Positions 30,190-39,988 of a stretch of DNA of 64,000 nucleotides are shown here, one piece after another (position 1 is the stretch's first letter; every line of letters starts with the position of its first letter). The notes beneath the pieces were generated by a model, which saw only the letters and a program-made list of their open reading frames with translations, was not told the DNA's origin and made no database searches. The position numbers and the translations under genes are program-made. Source of the DNA: Leptospiraceae bacterium (GTDB lineage Bacteria; Spirochaetota; Leptospiria; Leptospirales; Leptonemataceae). The DNA lies in assembly GCA_040217195.1 (NCBI GenBank), contig JAVJNR010000008.1:96001-160000 (forward strand), read 5' to 3'.

Positions 30190-31011
30190 CTATACCGGCA
30201 CTTCGAATTCTCGCAATGCATCGTTCAAAGAAGTCTTTTCATCTGTACTTTGCTTGCGTGTTCCTATAATCAAAGCGCAGGGTGTGCCATATTCCCCTGC
30301 AGGAAACTTCTTCATTCTTGTTCCTGGAATTACTACAGAACCGGCCGGAATTCGGCCTTTCGTGATTTTTTCCTCTTTGCCGGTAACATCGATAATTGGA
30401 GTGGATGCTGTAATTACTACATTGGCTCCCAGAACGGCTTTTTCCTCTACCATTACACCTTCAACGACAATGGCCCGGGATCCCAGAAAGGCTCCATCTT
30501 CGATAATAACAGGTGCTCCTTGAGGTGGTTCCAGAACACCGCCAATGCCCACTCCTCCGCTTAGATGGACCCCTTTACCGACCTGAGCGCAGCTTCCCAC
30601 CGTGGCCCAGGTGTCCACCATGGTTCCGCTGGATACATAAGCTCCGATGTTTACATAGGAAGGCATCATGATAGCGCCAGGCTCCACAAAGGCTCCGTAT
30701 CTGCAGACAGCCGGTGGAACCACTCGAACACCGCGCATGCTGTGGTCGGTTCGCACAGGTATTTTATCATAGTATTCCAGATCGCCCGAGCTGATTCCTT
30801 TCATTTCTGAAATCGGAAAATAGAGTAATATCGCTTTTTTCACCCAGGCGTTGACTTTCCAGTTGCCCTGGGAAACCTGTTCGGCCACCCGAATTTTGCC
30901 CTGATTCAACGCCTCCATGGCTTCACGAACCAGTTCTTTGGCCGCAGGCTCCTTCAGCAGGTCCCGGTCCTCAAAGATTTCATTGATCCGTTTTTCCATA
31001 TCTTCGTACAT
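30190..31011 (-). CDS. dapD: Tetrahydrodipicolinate N-succinyltransferase
   Basis: 'VNAWVKKAILLYF', 'MPSYVNIGAYV', 'DTWATVGSCAQVG', 'GGVLEP'. Confidence 0.96.
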   Translation of the reverse strand: MYEDMEKRINEIFEDRDLLKEPAAKELVREAMEALNQGKIRVAEQVSQGNWKVNAWVKKAILLYFPISEMKGISSGDLEYYDKIPVRTDHSMRGVRVVPPAVCRYGAFVEPGAIMMPSYVNIGAYVSSGTMVDTWATVGSCAQVGKGVHLSGGVGIGGVLEPPQGAPVIIEDGAFLGSRAIVVEGVMVEEKAVLGANVVITASTPIIDVTGKEEKITKGRIPAGSVVIPGTRMKKFPAGEYGTPCALIIGTRKQSTDEKTSLNDALREFEVPV

Positions 31012-31044
31012 TCGTTTTCTCCAGTTGATTTTTAGATTTTGCTT

Positions 31045-31734
31045 TTAGCTCTCATAAAAAGCCAGGCCGTCCAGGGCAGCCTGACGGTGCTGCGAATACG
31101 CATCCTCCGGTAATTGTCCTCGCAGGAATTCCAGAGTGATTGTTGGTATATTTCTTTCCCAGCCAGCATAAGTGCCCAGGCTGCCTGGAGTAGGATAGCC
31201 GATGTCTGACTTGGGTGGCAAGCCATTGGTGCTTTCCATGGCCTGGGCCAGGTCCAGGCAATCCCCGTTGTAGTTAATCATCGCATGCTCATAGGAATGC
31301 AGGCTCATGATCATCCTGGGTTTCAGGGTTTCAATTAGCGCTACGGTTAATTCGCTTTCCACTTCGCTTCCAGCGGATAGACCGGGAAAATATCTGGGAT
31401 TTGTAAAATCTTTAGTCCAGTCCTTTGTAGGCAGGTTTCTGTTTAGATCTACATTTCTGGCATTTGTGCGACGATCCACAGAACATCCATCCGGATTCAG
31501 TCTGGGGCATACATACAATGTTAAGTGATCCGGAACAGTGAGGGAGCCTTCCTGGACTTCTTGCAGGAATCGCTCCGCAAACAGGAATCCTTCCGGTTCA
31601 TCTCCGTGAACTCCTCCAATAAGCAAGGATGTTACAGGACCATTTCCCATGCAGGAAAGGGTGATGCTGAGTCCGCCGGTACTTTTTCCAATGGTGGTGG
31701 TCTCTCCGGAAGCTGGCAGTGTAATTTGAGCCAT
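31045..31734 (-). CDS. mpaA: M14 zinc carboxypeptidase, murein peptide amidase A-like
   Basis: 'GVHGDE', 'NPDG', 'NARNVDLNRN', 'SLH', 'GYPTPGSLGTY', 'ITLE'. Confidence 0.8.
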   Translation of the reverse strand: MAQITLPASGETTTIGKSTGGLSITLSCMGNGPVTSLLIGGVHGDEPEGFLFAERFLQEVQEGSLTVPDHLTLYVCPRLNPDGCSVDRRTNARNVDLNRNLPTKDWTKDFTNPRYFPGLSAGSEVESELTVALIETLKPRMIMSLHSYEHAMINYNGDCLDLAQAMESTNGLPPKSDIGYPTPGSLGTYAGWERNIPTITLEFLRGQLPEDAYSQHRQAALDGLAFYES

Positions 31735-31979
31735 GGGACCAAATTCATAGAAACGGCCCAGAGAGCAATTTGGATTATGCTCTGCAAGGGCCCATTGCCA
31801 GGTTTGAATCTATGGGCATTAATTCCCATGCGGCTGGATTGATTGTCCTTACCGCAGGGGTTGGCCGATTCAGATGCAAAGCCATTGATTCTGTGGCCCT
31901 GTTTTCATTCATCCTGGAAGTGGATTCGGCTGCCAGGGCGGCTTTCTGTGCTGCGACAGGGGCTTTGCCACAGCCATCG

Positions 31980-34025
31980 CTACTTCAGAGATTTAGTTTC
32001 TTCTGAGTCCCCGTTTTCCGGCGAATCGGTCTTTGCTGGAGGATATAGTCTGTTCCATTTCTGGATCAAGGGAAAGGATCCCGGATTTTCCTTTTCCATC
32101 TGCTGGATTCGCTGCAATAGCTTGCGAAATTCCGGGTTGTCTGTACCTTTTTCAACGTTGATTTCTACATACGCTTGAAGTAGTCTGAGATTCTGAGGAT
32201 GCTTGTTCAGCAAAGCCTCCAATCGCTTCAATGCTTTTTCCGGCTGGTCTATTCTTTCCAGTTCTGTCAGAGCAAGAGCAGCATTTACATTATCCGGATG
32301 ATTCTTGACTGTGTCGTTTAGTAGTTTACGGGCCTTTAGGGAATCGTCTCTGGCGTAGATTTGAGCCAGGGCAGTCATCATATCCGGATCGTTTCCATAC
32401 AGACTTCTAATTCTTTCTTCATAGACTGCAAAGCTTGTGGCGGTTTCGCTTTGCTGCGCGATGGAAGCAGCAAGTATCAAACCTCTTTTGTCAGCAGGAT
32501 CCTCTTTCAGTATTCTTAAAGTCTGGGCATAGGCAGCCGAAGAATCTCCATTTCTAAATGCCTCTCTGGCCTGAATAAGATGAAAGTCCTTTCGATCCTC
32601 GCCGGTAAGATGGCTGTATCCCCGTTGTTTTTCCAGAATATCCATGGCCGCTGAGAAATCCTGGGCCGGGGTAGGGGATGACTCCTTTTTAGCATCAGCA
32701 ATGTTATTGGCTGGATTGGCTGAATCTTCTGGATTCGCATTTTCTTCGGATGATTCGGGATTGTCTGTTTCAGTTCTGTCGCCACTGGACGGCTGTTTTT
32801 CCAAAGCAGGCTTCGAATCGGAACTGGTAGAGTTCTCTGAGTCCGGATTCTGATTTTTTTCAGACTCTGGCGATGGCCGTTCATCGATGCTGGAATTCTG
32901 CGGACTTCCGGGGCTTGCCTGAGTAATCATTGCCAGATTTAATGCAGGAAGTGCTTTATCTTTTAATTCCAGGTCTTTTCGATTTATTTGCTTTCGCAAC
33001 AGATTTCGCGCCGCAGCAGTCTGTCCTTTCTCGGAATAGATTTCGGATAGCTCCGCTGAAATGCGAGGATCATCGCTGTGTCGATTGGCCTCTTCCAGAA
33101 TTCGACTGGCCCTATCATAATTTTTCTGCTCTTTTTGAATGGCAGCCAGGTTCAGTACTGTGGTTAATCTTTCCGGATGTGTTTCCAGAGATCTGGCAAT
33201 GTCGAGAAAAGCCTTATCGGAATCTGAGGACTCTTCGCTGTTTGATTCTGGATCACTGGAATCAGAAACATTATTCTTGCCAGGGACAGGATTGGCCCCT
33301 GGACGTTGTGGTTCCACGGAATTTAATAGCTTATCTAGATCTAGCGGCTGCTGCGCAGTGGAATCTTCCGCTTCCGATCCAGGCTCTTCTTTCAAATACT
33401 GGATGGCCTGTTGAATGGCCACTTTCTGTGGATCCTGAGGTTTTAAGGTAAGATATTTCTCCCAGTGCTGCGCTGCCTCTCTGCGATTATCTTCCAGTTT
33501 CCAGGAAACCAGACCCAGATAGAATACAGCGGGAGGAAAATCCGGATAATGCTCCAGGGATTGCTGTAGATGAGTTCTAGCCTCACGATTCTCCTTTTTT
33601 AGATATGCGATCTGGCCCAGCCTGAACTCGGACTTATGCTTTTCTTCACCAATCTCTGCTGCGATGCGAAAGTGATGCTCTGCTTCATCCAGTTTTTTCT
33701 GAATCAGGTAAATATCCCCTGCATAGCTATGGGCCCTGGAATGCTCTGGATTATTCTGGAGTACTCGAAGAAATAATGCCAACGACGTATTGTACCGACG
33801 AGAGAAGAAATGTTCTTCGGCTCTTTCAAAGAGCGATTCAGGCTCTTCAGCCCCTTCTGGCTGTTCTGCGCCGCCTGCCGGCGGTGCTGGAGACTCCGTA
33901 TTTCTCCACAGTTTCTCTGTATTGGTTCGGTTAAGTGGACTGGCATTCAGGTAATACTTGAAAGAAAGACCGGCCGAAATTAGGATGTACGAACAGAGAG
34001 ATAGAATAAGTAGCCTGCCCGTCAT
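31980..34025 (-). CDS. Exported TPR protein with acidic low-complexity linkers
   Basis: N-terminal TM, TPR clusters separated by S/E/D/P/N-rich segments. Confidence 0.8.
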   Translation of the reverse strand: MTGRLLILSLCSYILISAGLSFKYYLNASPLNRTNTEKLWRNTESPAPPAGGAEQPEGAEEPESLFERAEEHFFSRRYNTSLALFLRVLQNNPEHSRAHSYAGDIYLIQKKLDEAEHHFRIAAEIGEEKHKSEFRLGQIAYLKKENREARTHLQQSLEHYPDFPPAVFYLGLVSWKLEDNRREAAQHWEKYLTLKPQDPQKVAIQQAIQYLKEEPGSEAEDSTAQQPLDLDKLLNSVEPQRPGANPVPGKNNVSDSSDPESNSEESSDSDKAFLDIARSLETHPERLTTVLNLAAIQKEQKNYDRASRILEEANRHSDDPRISAELSEIYSEKGQTAAARNLLRKQINRKDLELKDKALPALNLAMITQASPGSPQNSSIDERPSPESEKNQNPDSENSTSSDSKPALEKQPSSGDRTETDNPESSEENANPEDSANPANNIADAKKESSPTPAQDFSAAMDILEKQRGYSHLTGEDRKDFHLIQAREAFRNGDSSAAYAQTLRILKEDPADKRGLILAASIAQQSETATSFAVYEERIRSLYGNDPDMMTALAQIYARDDSLKARKLLNDTVKNHPDNVNAALALTELERIDQPEKALKRLEALLNKHPQNLRLLQAYVEINVEKGTDNPEFRKLLQRIQQMEKENPGSFPLIQKWNRLYPPAKTDSPENGDSEETKSLK

Positions 34026-34122
34026 GTAGTTAGTATCGGGCTTTTTGAAAAAAATTCAATGCCGGTAGGCTTCTTTAAGGCAAAAAGCGACGGTTCTGGC
34101 TGCGGAGCCAAACAGGAAGATT

Positions 34123-35304
34123 ATGAGCACTACTACAGCAGTGGGGGGAAAGGATCCATTTGTACGACTTCCGGCCAGTATCATTTTCACGCCCCGTGGG
34201 CTGGAGCTGGTGGGATCATCGCCTGCATTAAAAAAGGTGAATTCCAGGGATGGACTACCCAAAGAGGGTCTGGAGTCGGATAGCTACAACGCGCAGACGA
34301 TTCAGAAACTTGTAATGAAGTCTTGCATTGAGGAGATCAATGTCAATCTGCCGGATCTTCTAAGAAAGCGTTTTGAGATCATCAGCACCAATAATCTGAT
34401 TGTTTATGGTGTTCTCTATAAGAAGCTAACTCCCTCACTGGCCAGGACTCTATTCGAATCCAGCGTTGTAAAAGAATACAATCGTAAGAATCCCAAAAAC
34501 TCTATTGTAGATTTGAATCATATTTCTCCTCAGAAAGTGGAGGCATTGCAGCAGAACAATCCACAGCTAATTGAAGGGATGAAGAAAAATCTCCGCGAAA
34601 TTATTACGGAAAAGATCCTGGGCTCTACCGCCCTCAGCGAAGAGGATCAGCAGGCCAGGGTTCGAGCTCTACCTAGATTTCTGGACCGGGTGGATCCACG
34701 AATCTGGTTTATATTCTATGTGATTTCTCATACAGGTTTTAAGTCTGCCATAGAGAGAACCTTTGCATCCATGATTTATTCCTATCTGCAGCATACTCAG
34801 ATAGCAACCCATCTAAGCAATCTTTTGATGGAGTTTGTGCAGAATGCAGAAAAAGCCCACTTCGAACGATTGATTGTCCGTCATAACCTGGCAGACCGGG
34901 GCGGAGTGGACAGCTTTCTGCGAGATGCGGAAAATCGAAAGAAGGTTATAGCTCTGGCACAGAAAACCTCTCAGATGCTTGAGCTTTCCTGGACCATGAA
35001 TCCAGAAAGAAATACCATCGGTCAGCAATACAGAATCCTGATTTCTGTGTCCAACTACGGCATCATCGATGAAAGACTGTCGCAGCAGCTGGCGCGTAAG
35101 ATGAAAACCAATACGGATGGCATTAACCTGGCATCCTTTTATGGAAGCGAAGAAGAGGATGGAAAGCTGGGTGCCGGTCTGGGTCTGCTCTACAACTCCT
35201 ATCTGGAAGACATCTGTCGCCAGGAAGGGATCCAATATCGCTGTAATATATATCCGGAGCCTCGCAAAGAAAAAACTACAGTGCGAATCGATATGACTCT
35301 CTAG
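34123..35304 (+). CDS. Hypothetical protein with C-terminal GHKL/HATPase-like motifs
   Basis: 'LMEFVQNAEKAH' (N box), 'ISVSNYG' (G1-like), 'GAGLGL' (G2). Confidence 0.65.
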   Translation: MSTTTAVGGKDPFVRLPASIIFTPRGLELVGSSPALKKVNSRDGLPKEGLESDSYNAQTIQKLVMKSCIEEINVNLPDLLRKRFEIISTNNLIVYGVLYKKLTPSLARTLFESSVVKEYNRKNPKNSIVDLNHISPQKVEALQQNNPQLIEGMKKNLREIITEKILGSTALSEEDQQARVRALPRFLDRVDPRIWFIFYVISHTGFKSAIERTFASMIYSYLQHTQIATHLSNLLMEFVQNAEKAHFERLIVRHNLADRGGVDSFLRDAENRKKVIALAQKTSQMLELSWTMNPERNTIGQQYRILISVSNYGIIDERLSQQLARKMKTNTDGINLASFYGSEEEDGKLGAGLGLLYNSYLEDICRQEGIQYRCNIYPEPRKEKTTVRIDMTL

Positions 35305-35552
35305 GTTTTGTGCTCAAACCCTCATAAATTGAACAATGATATATTGCCTGTGAGAGCCCCGAGCCTTTGCTCGGTGGACCTTACCAGAGATGGTCGTTGA
35401 CTGAAGCTGGTTTTACCCACGGTCCCATTGGAGCCCCATCGTGCATGCCCTTCAAAAGCCGGTAGAGAATTACATCCTGAAATAGGAGAGCCTGGACTGG
35501 ACAATGAGCCATGTCTGCAATCCTGCCAGTAGCTGAATTGCAGTAATCGAGA

Positions 35553-36527
35553 TTACAGACCTTTCACTGGCTGCAGTATTCCGGACCCCTGTAGCATATC
35601 GATGTTGAGTATGGCCAGGCTTACAATCGTTCCAATGACTATTGTAATGGCTCCGATGAGCAAAGTCAGAAAGATAGTATTGCTCAAAATACGAAATCCC
35701 AGAAATGCAGGAGGGGCCAGCAATGATTTCTCCTCACCTGCCATGGCCGAAACCTTGCTGTAGCTGTATAAATAGAAAACTGCAAGTGCAATCAGTGCAG
35801 CAATGAGCAAGATACCAAAGTATCCAGGGAAGGAAAGCTGCAACTTGTATAGAGGAAGAAGTAGAACGTTGCTGATTAAAGCTCCGGAAAGAGTAATCAG
35901 GATAAGCTGCAAGGTAACAGTCAATCCTCCGGAGATTCGTTGTTTTTGAACAGTACCTCTTTTCTGTAAGAAGTCCAGAAAGGATCGTCCGCCGGATACA
36001 GGATCCAGGCGCATCTTCTGGTAGAGTAGCATTCCAATACCGATTGCAAGTAGTATGGTTTCTGGAATTACATGATTGTACAGAGTTACGGTAAAATTTA
36101 TGCCCAGCGCTTTACTTCGCGCCACCAGTAAAATGGCAAGCAGGATGGCGATGGAAGGTCCCAGAATGACCTGCAGCATGGGACGGTAGAACCAGTATCC
36201 CCGGGCGCCTGCCAGAAAACAAAACATCAAAAGCACACACCAGAAGGCACTAACAGCAAGATAGAAGCGATCGGCCACCGCGGATCGCTCCACTGCGCGA
36301 AATACCTCGGAAGGCCGGGCATCGCTTTCCAATAGAGGATCGCCCATTACCGATAGAAATCTGGATTCCAGTACCAGACGCCCCATCAGACCACTTTCAA
36401 ATATTACACTGGGTTCCTCGCTCAGAGGTGCTTCCGGGCCCGGCTCATGATAGGCCGGTCGGCCGGTGATGAATGTCAAAAAATACAGGAAGAATGGAAT
36501 CAGAAGCAGGGCCGATTTCTGGAACAT
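35553..36527 (-). CDS. Multi-pass membrane protein of unknown function
   Basis: About 7 hydrophobic segments in a long ORF. Confidence 0.7.
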   Translation of the reverse strand: MFQKSALLLIPFFLYFLTFITGRPAYHEPGPEAPLSEEPSVIFESGLMGRLVLESRFLSVMGDPLLESDARPSEVFRAVERSAVADRFYLAVSAFWCVLLMFCFLAGARGYWFYRPMLQVILGPSIAILLAILLVARSKALGINFTVTLYNHVIPETILLAIGIGMLLYQKMRLDPVSGGRSFLDFLQKRGTVQKQRISGGLTVTLQLILITLSGALISNVLLLPLYKLQLSFPGYFGILLIAALIALAVFYLYSYSKVSAMAGEEKSLLAPPAFLGFRILSNTIFLTLLIGAITIVIGTIVSLAILNIDMLQGSGILQPVKGL

Positions 36528-36728
36528 GGATTGCAACCTGGAATGAGCGCTTTCTGTGTCAGTGATTTTTCCATTTTCGGGTCAGGATTGCTGATTGGAA
36601 ACCGGCGGAGGAAAGGCCATCACTGGCCAGAACCGGAGAGGAATGGAGCTAAACAATACCGGCCCCGGGCAGTATCGAACATAAAAGCCTCCTTGACTCC
36701 CTTTATTGCCGTCGGACTTTGCCAATCT

Positions 36729-38063
36729 GTGTTTCGCTCCCGATTCAGTCTGGAATTATTTATAGCTGCAAGGTATCTGCGCGGGCAGGGACGGATGGTC
36801 CTGTTCAGCCTGGGCACCCGGTTATCGTTTATCTTTATGGCCCTGATGGTATTCATCATGGTAGTGGTGCTTTCTGTTTTCACTGGATTTCAGAAAGAAG
36901 TGCATAACTCACTGTGGAACTCCGGCTATCATATTACTTTGAGCCGCAGTCTGGCCGGTGCTTCACTGGATAACTATTCACAGATCCTCGAGTCTACCTC
37001 CGGGGAAGAGGCTCTGGCCCCTCTATTGCGCTCCAGCTTTCCCAGTATTTCTATAAATGGACTTCTGGAAATCCAGAATCGATTTGAAGGAAAGGCCATT
37101 CGAGCCCTACCTGTGCGCAAGGAAGACCTGAAAACCGGAGATCTGAAGGACTTTCCCCGAATTGTTCACTACAATCAGGATTTGCTCGATCGGTTCGATG
37201 GAGGAAACATTGTAATTGTAGGCCGGGAAATGGCGCGCTACTATCACTGGGAGGTGGGCGATCAGATCCGACTGTTTATGCCCAGAGGCGGTGCTCTTAC
37301 AAAGGGCATGCAGGTCCAGCAGCAGGTATTTACCATTGGTGGCTTCTTTCGCACCGGGTATTATGAATTTGATCTAAATCTAATCTTTCTTTCTCTCAAC
37401 ACAGCGCAACGAGTACTGGGCCTGCCCAATCGCAGCACAGAAGTGATTTTCCAGCTGGAGAATCTGTCTGATCTGGATGTAGCGCGAAGAATGATTCGAG
37501 AATCTCTTCCTGGAAATCAATATCTATATTCCATTCGAACGATTCGAGATGAACGGGGTAACTTTTTGGCCGCTCTGCAGCTGGAAAAGACTTTGATGGT
37601 GATGATTCTGGGACTTCTGATTCTGGCAGGCGTAGCTGGAATCTGGGTAACATCCTATCTTCTTGTGCGCTCCAAGAGTCGCTCCATCGGTATGCTTCGC
37701 TCCATGGGACTTCCCACCGGCTCTGTTCTAATCATATTTACAGCCCATTCCCTGCTCATTGGATTACTGGCCACCGCGGTTGGTGGAGCCACGGGGATTT
37801 TCATGGCCAACCATCTGGAAAGTGTGATACAGCTTGTGGAGGATATGATCAACTCTGCCTGTATCTGGTGGTCTGGCAGTTGCGCACCGGTGCATTTAAT
37901 ACCCAGAAATATCTACTACTTCGATCATTTACCTGTTAACGCAGACTTGAATATCATTTTTGGAGTGGCATTGACCACAATGATTCTCAGTGGCTTTGCA
38001 GGGTTCTTTCCGGCCCGTCAGGCAGCCTTGCAGGATCCGGTGCAAACCATTCGAAATGACTGA
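36729..38063 (+). CDS. LolC/LolE-family lipoprotein-releasing ABC permease (GTG 36729 chosen as start)
   Basis: 'LELFIAARYLR', 'VLSVFTGFQ', 'GFFRTGYYEFD', 'IGMLRSMG', 'FPARQAA'; upstream of lolD. Confidence 0.88.
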   Translation: MFRSRFSLELFIAARYLRGQGRMVLFSLGTRLSFIFMALMVFIMVVVLSVFTGFQKEVHNSLWNSGYHITLSRSLAGASLDNYSQILESTSGEEALAPLLRSSFPSISINGLLEIQNRFEGKAIRALPVRKEDLKTGDLKDFPRIVHYNQDLLDRFDGGNIVIVGREMARYYHWEVGDQIRLFMPRGGALTKGMQVQQQVFTIGGFFRTGYYEFDLNLIFLSLNTAQRVLGLPNRSTEVIFQLENLSDLDVARRMIRESLPGNQYLYSIRTIRDERGNFLAALQLEKTLMVMILGLLILAGVAGIWVTSYLLVRSKSRSIGMLRSMGLPTGSVLIIFTAHSLLIGLLATAVGGATGIFMANHLESVIQLVEDMINSACIWWSGSCAPVHLIPRNIYYFDHLPVNADLNIIFGVALTTMILSGFAGFFPARQAALQDPVQTIRND

Positions 38064-38099
38064 TAGTGCGAAGGGAAGATTGGGAGATCTAGCAGCAGC

Positions 38100-38786
38100 A
38101 TGAGTGAATTACCAGCCATAGAAATTGAAAAGATGTCCAAGTCCTACCGGGGCGAAGGAGAAATTGTTCACGTAATTCGAGAGCTGGATCTAGCTGTGGG
38201 AGCAGGGGAAATTGTTTCTGTGGAAGGGGCCAGTGGCGTGGGAAAATCTACTCTGCTGCATATCGTGGGCTCCATCGACACTCCAGTAGAAGGCAAAGTG
38301 AGAATCTTCGGAGAAGAGATCACTTCCATGAATGAAAGACAGAAAGAAAACTTTCGCGCAGGCAACGTAGGATTAATTTTTCAGCATCATTATTTGCTTC
38401 CAGACTTTACGGTACTGGAAAACGTGATTATGCCTCTGTGGATTCAGCGAAAGAATGTTACCCGAAGCACAGATAATGCTATTGAGATGCTAAAGAATGT
38501 AGGTCTGGGGCACCGATTGCATCATTATCCTTCGCAGATTTCGGGCGGGGAAATGGCCAGGGCCGGAGTAGCCCGTGCTCTTGTGGGCGGTAAGAAATTA
38601 ATTCTGGCCGATGAACCCACTGGAAACCTGGACCGGGATAATTCGGAAAAACTGGCCGACCTATTATGGCAGTTGCAGCAAGAGCTTGGATTTACTATGT
38701 TAATAGTAACCCATGATCAAGATCTAGCTCGCAGGGTGCCCCGGAGGTATCGCCTGAAGGAAGGACATCTAGAATCCTTTTCTTGA
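38100..38786 (+). CDS. lolD: Lipoprotein-releasing ABC transporter ATP-binding protein
   Basis: GASGVGKSTLLH, 'FQHHYLLPDFTVLENV', 'LADEPTGNLD'. Confidence 0.88.
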   Translation: MSELPAIEIEKMSKSYRGEGEIVHVIRELDLAVGAGEIVSVEGASGVGKSTLLHIVGSIDTPVEGKVRIFGEEITSMNERQKENFRAGNVGLIFQHHYLLPDFTVLENVIMPLWIQRKNVTRSTDNAIEMLKNVGLGHRLHHYPSQISGGEMARAGVARALVGGKKLILADEPTGNLDRDNSEKLADLLWQLQQELGFTMLIVTHDQDLARRVPRRYRLKEGHLESFS

Positions 38787-38867
38787 GATCCGAATCCTAC
38801 GCTCGAAACTGGAGAGGGTAAATACAGGAGTAATTAGCCACAGTATCAGGCATCTGGAATTACAAGA

Positions 38868-39881
38868 ATGATTTGTCCTACCTGTCAGAGTGAATCCTCA
38901 GTCCATATTTTCGATCCCCAGGCCGGGCAAATGATGTATTATTGCCAGACCTGCAAGAAAGCTATAATCCCTGAAAATTCAATTAAATGCCCTGGCTGCG
39001 GAATATCGGAATACAGTTTTCTGAGTAACGGTCTATGCGGCTGCGAAGATTGCTACAGTGTATTTCGTGGTTCTATTATCCAGGGTATTGAATCCTATCG
39101 CAAATCCATATTTCAAAAAGCAGGTCGTTACCGGGTTCCAGGCCGTAACGCCATGGCCAGACTGCAGACCTATTTTGAAATAATGAAAGAGCAACCGGAT
39201 CCAGAGCAAATACTGCCTACTGGTGCGGACTCCTGGTCCGATGCGCCGGAACTGGGTCCGGATCAGGTTCAAATCCGGGTTCGGATGGCAAGAAACGTTC
39301 CTGGACTTAGCTACCGAGATGGCTTGAAGCAGACTGAGAATCTAAGACGAATCTTTTTGAGTGATCGGGGGTTTCTGTCCGGATTGGAATGGCCGGAAAA
39401 TAACCGAATCAGTCAGCAGGTAGCTGTGGGGGATGAAGATCATTTTCGCTTTAGCTGGAGCTGGGTATCATCCGGGGACCTGGCAGAGGCGGAGCGTCAT
39501 CTGGGTAGGATTATACGGCAGATTCGTAAACTGGATCGTGCTTTTGTATGGCAATACTCTACAATTTTTGGCTTTCTCACAGGTTGTCCGACCAACAGCG
39601 GATCCGGATTACGGATGTCTGCCAGAGTACGCATTCCTGCACTTCTGGAGGACCCGTCCTGGCTGCGCTGGAAGAAAGAATTGCACCGGGCCGGGTTCGA
39701 AGTCAGGCCAGGTAGCGGTGAAAAATCCTTTCCGGACGGCCAGCATATCCAGCTGGCCACCAGGCATATTTCCGGCCCCGCCGGATTTCGTTCCGTTCTG
39801 GAGCGGTTTAGAATCTATTTAGCTCGTCTAATGGTACGAGAGCAAAAGATCGGCGAAAAAATTCTTGCTCATAATGGTTAA
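38868..39881 (+). CDS. McsA-like Zn-finger fused to McsB-like ATP:guanido phosphotransferase (protein arginine kinase) domain
   Basis: Four CxxC motifs incl. 'GCEDCYSVF'; then 'RVRMARN', 'DEDHFR', 'GFLTGCPTNSGSGLR'; directly upstream of clpC. Confidence 0.8.
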   Translation: MICPTCQSESSVHIFDPQAGQMMYYCQTCKKAIIPENSIKCPGCGISEYSFLSNGLCGCEDCYSVFRGSIIQGIESYRKSIFQKAGRYRVPGRNAMARLQTYFEIMKEQPDPEQILPTGADSWSDAPELGPDQVQIRVRMARNVPGLSYRDGLKQTENLRRIFLSDRGFLSGLEWPENNRISQQVAVGDEDHFRFSWSWVSSGDLAEAERHLGRIIRQIRKLDRAFVWQYSTIFGFLTGCPTNSGSGLRMSARVRIPALLEDPSWLRWKKELHRAGFEVRPGSGEKSFPDGQHIQLATRHISGPAGFRSVLERFRIYLARLMVREQKIGEKILAHNG

Positions 39882-39988
39882 CAATGCCATTGAACAGGGT
39901 GTACCGCCGAGAATAAAAAAGACGGTGACACTGCCCTGTGACATAGTTTTTATTGTACAGACGTTCCCTTCCCAGTAGGAGTCTCCCC

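Noticed and set aside
36447..36728. N-terminal extension of the lolC/E ORF
   Set aside because: Overlaps the divergent membrane gene; family similarity starts only near GTG 36729
39882..39988. CtsR box or CIRCE element upstream of clpC
   Set aside because: No GTCAAAnAnGTCAAA or TTAGCACTC-N9-GAGTGCTAA match seen
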